DNA of 63,372 nt, filler included, from Pseudovirgaria hyperparasitica (Eukaryota): the NCBI GenBank assembly GCA_010093815.1. It is 3 parts of 2 records of this genome, joined end to end, with 100 filler letters (N's around TTAATTAATTAA, not from the genome) between each part and the next. Parts side by side here need not be neighbours in the genome. Positions count along the whole stretch, not along the records: positions 35,314 to 63,372 come from ML996609.1; 2 more parts are not named here. One strand, written 5' to 3'. The notes under the pieces are model-generated. The model was given only the letters and a program-made list of their open reading frames with translations, did not search any database and was not told the origin of the DNA. A program made the position numbers and the translations under genes. Positions 61,185 through 63,372 of this stretch are shown in pieces (the stretch's first letter is position 1; every line of letters begins with the position of its first letter).

Positions 61185-62520
61185 ATTGAATTGAACGCTT
61201 GTCGCTGGATTGCCGCTAATTTGACCCGTCCAATCGCTGCCCTAGGTCAACTGATGCGTCCGATACTGGGTTCTATGGATCTTCGGCTACTGACATATCT
61301 GGGTAGTAGGAGCCACAGACCTCGTTCGAAGTCCTAGAAGGCAACCCGGAATAATTGAGCTGCTGGGGTATGTAGATAGCATAGGGGTCATCTGAGAGGA
61401 CTTCACACTCTGTTTCTGCTCCTAGGGAAGTCGCTGACAATGGTTCGAGAGGCGTTTGCGACTGCATCTTGCTGTCAAGGCGGACGCTAGAAAGTCAGTA
61501 CCCTCCAGATTTCTGCCGGGCGTAAGTACAACTAAAAGTGCTTTAAATACTAAGTTTCGAAAATACTGATGTCCGGAAGAGGCAGTCTGAAAAGGCGCAG
61601 GCCCCACATGCCGACGCTGTGTGCCATTTCGCTGATGTATCGTACTAGGTATAAGTTGATTGATCCCTGCAGTGATGAGAGCTACAGGGCGCGCAGGAAG
61701 CGTCTCTGTAAGGCTCAGTAAGTAGGCAACCGGTGGACCGACTTCTAGGCGAGTCTTCATTATTTTACGGCACTGTGACAAGATCTACTAATTAAGCTGG
61801 TCAGCACTGGTCCAGGATTCTAGACTGCCAAGACCTTGGCGAGTAAACAATGACGCCAGTATGCACTATAACAGAAGACTCAGTAAAGATGCCTGGGCCC
61901 TTCTCAGACATTTTAAGTCCCGATTGTGATTATTTGTGCCTGGAATGCGGACCATTCTGCACCATTCACACCTAGGGAAACGATTGCGCTACACGAGCAT
62001 CATGTCTCAAGCAAGCTCGCAAGATGGTAACAAGTATCTGATCGGCCACTAGGGTACCCTTTGCTTCTCTGACACGTTCTACTAGATTCTCCTATGAAAC
62101 TCGCGTGTTTTGGTGGTACCTGTGCATGTTTCCCGTGTCAACCCCAAACCTTAAGACCGGCACCAGGGCTATCAGGTCTGCGTAGAGCTCTGTATTGTTC
62201 AGTCGCGGGAAGAACAGTCCTCGTGTATCTTGAACGAGATGGGTGCGGAAATGTGCATCTACACCGCAAGAGGATATACTAGGCTTCAGGATCTACAGGG
62301 TTAGTGGAGCCGTCTAGATACTGAGCTGTTAAACCCACGATACTGAGCCATGAGATCCACCAGGTCATCGCCGCTCTCCAATCGGCTAGGCCATGCTGAG
62401 CCATAAATTCCGCTAAGCTATAATACTCTTTTCCTATAGTGCCGCTTTGTTCAGCCATGGCTCTGCCAAAGCCTCTTGACTCATTGCAGATAAGTAAGCC
62501 TATACTGGGACAGTGTATAT

Positions 62521-63372
62521 GTGCTTTTAGTCTCCCAGGAGCCTCCCCTCCGGTCTACTAGGCCAATGGAGATGAATACGCAACTATGCTCGCAACAGAG
62601 CGCTTCATGCTGGAGTCACGACCACTGGTATGGATATCATATATCTCTAGCGTATGGCTCATGCGAGACTGTCCATTCGACCGCGCCGCAGTCACTCGAA
62701 AGAATAGAGTACTCCACTGCCAACCCTTCAAAGCCTCAATATTCTTCATATCTAATAAGGCAGACGCCTGTGGGAGACACGACAAAGGAGAATCAGTCTT
62801 GTAAGATTGCGAAAGATTGCAAGAACTTTCCGCACAAAGCGCAGGCTATCCTTGCTCAACAATTCACGCAGCGGCTCGCAGACCCATATCTTACTAGGCA
62901 GGAGAGTCAAGAGCTTGCTGCGCTCACCGATCTAAGTGTCCGTCAAGTACAAGTATATTTCGCTAATGCTCGTGCGAGGAAGCTCTGTCGAGGACAAGCA
63001 AAAGCATCTGCAGGTACCAAGAGTGTCAAAAAAGCGTAGACTGAAGACGTCGCAGCGCATTCAGCCTGATCTTACCGCATCGCTACTCCGGACGCCGTCT
63101 TCTCCCGATCACATCTTCCAGTGCACTTTCTGTGTGCAGGACTTCAAGCGCAGGTATGACTGGGAGAGACATGAGCAAACTATACATCTCCGCCTGCAGC
63201 AGTGGATCTGCATGCCCGAAAAGGCTGTAACATCTCCATCAATCGCGAAGAAGACTCAGTGTGTATTTGGTGGAATGAACAGCCCCACGTCTTTGCATCT
63301 ACAGTCACACGACCTGTGTCAATGTATCAAGAAGGAAGAATCAAGACGTACGTTCACCAGGAAAGACAAATT
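62521..63372 (+). pseudogene. TALE/KN homeobox plus C2H2 transcription factor (stop and frame change at ~63037; runs off the window)
   Basis: DPYLTRQESQELAALTDLSVRQVQVYFANARARK; in another frame FQCTFCVQDFKRRYDWERHEQTIH..QWICMP...RTFTRKD. Confidence 0.8.

Overview
Filamentous-ascomycete (Pezizomycotina-type) genomic DNA: short GT-AG introns and RIP-like CpA->TpA decay in repeats. It looks like accessory or repeat-rich genome. Two 100-nt N blocks carrying a TTAATTAATTAA six-frame-stop linker (14926-15025, 35214-35313) mean the window joins three contigs whose adjacency is unproven; there are also large N gaps at 7633-8387 and 41070-41914. Mobile DNA: a TIR element with an IS3EU-like integrase and a derived MITE, two solo LTRs with TSDs, hAT-type MITEs, pogo and LINE fragments, and a decayed DUF3435 (Starship captain-type) tyrosine recombinase. 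Between these lie many diverged or truncated paralogues of regulators (bZIP, Myb, Zn2Cys6, homeobox-C2H2 x3, Est1/SMG-like, Cdc25), a dynamin pseudogene, a BTB protein and a small metabolic module. The most notable element is a compact spliced gene (47313-48346) encoding an E(z)/KMT6-type CXC domain, a SET domain and a BAH-like segment, without the usual PRC2-assembly N-terminus: a candidate stand-alone H3K27 writer-reader. Also notable are 15 CGTACG palindromes within 2 kb of the integrase half of the TIR element. All family assignments come from motif recognition by eye, not database searches.
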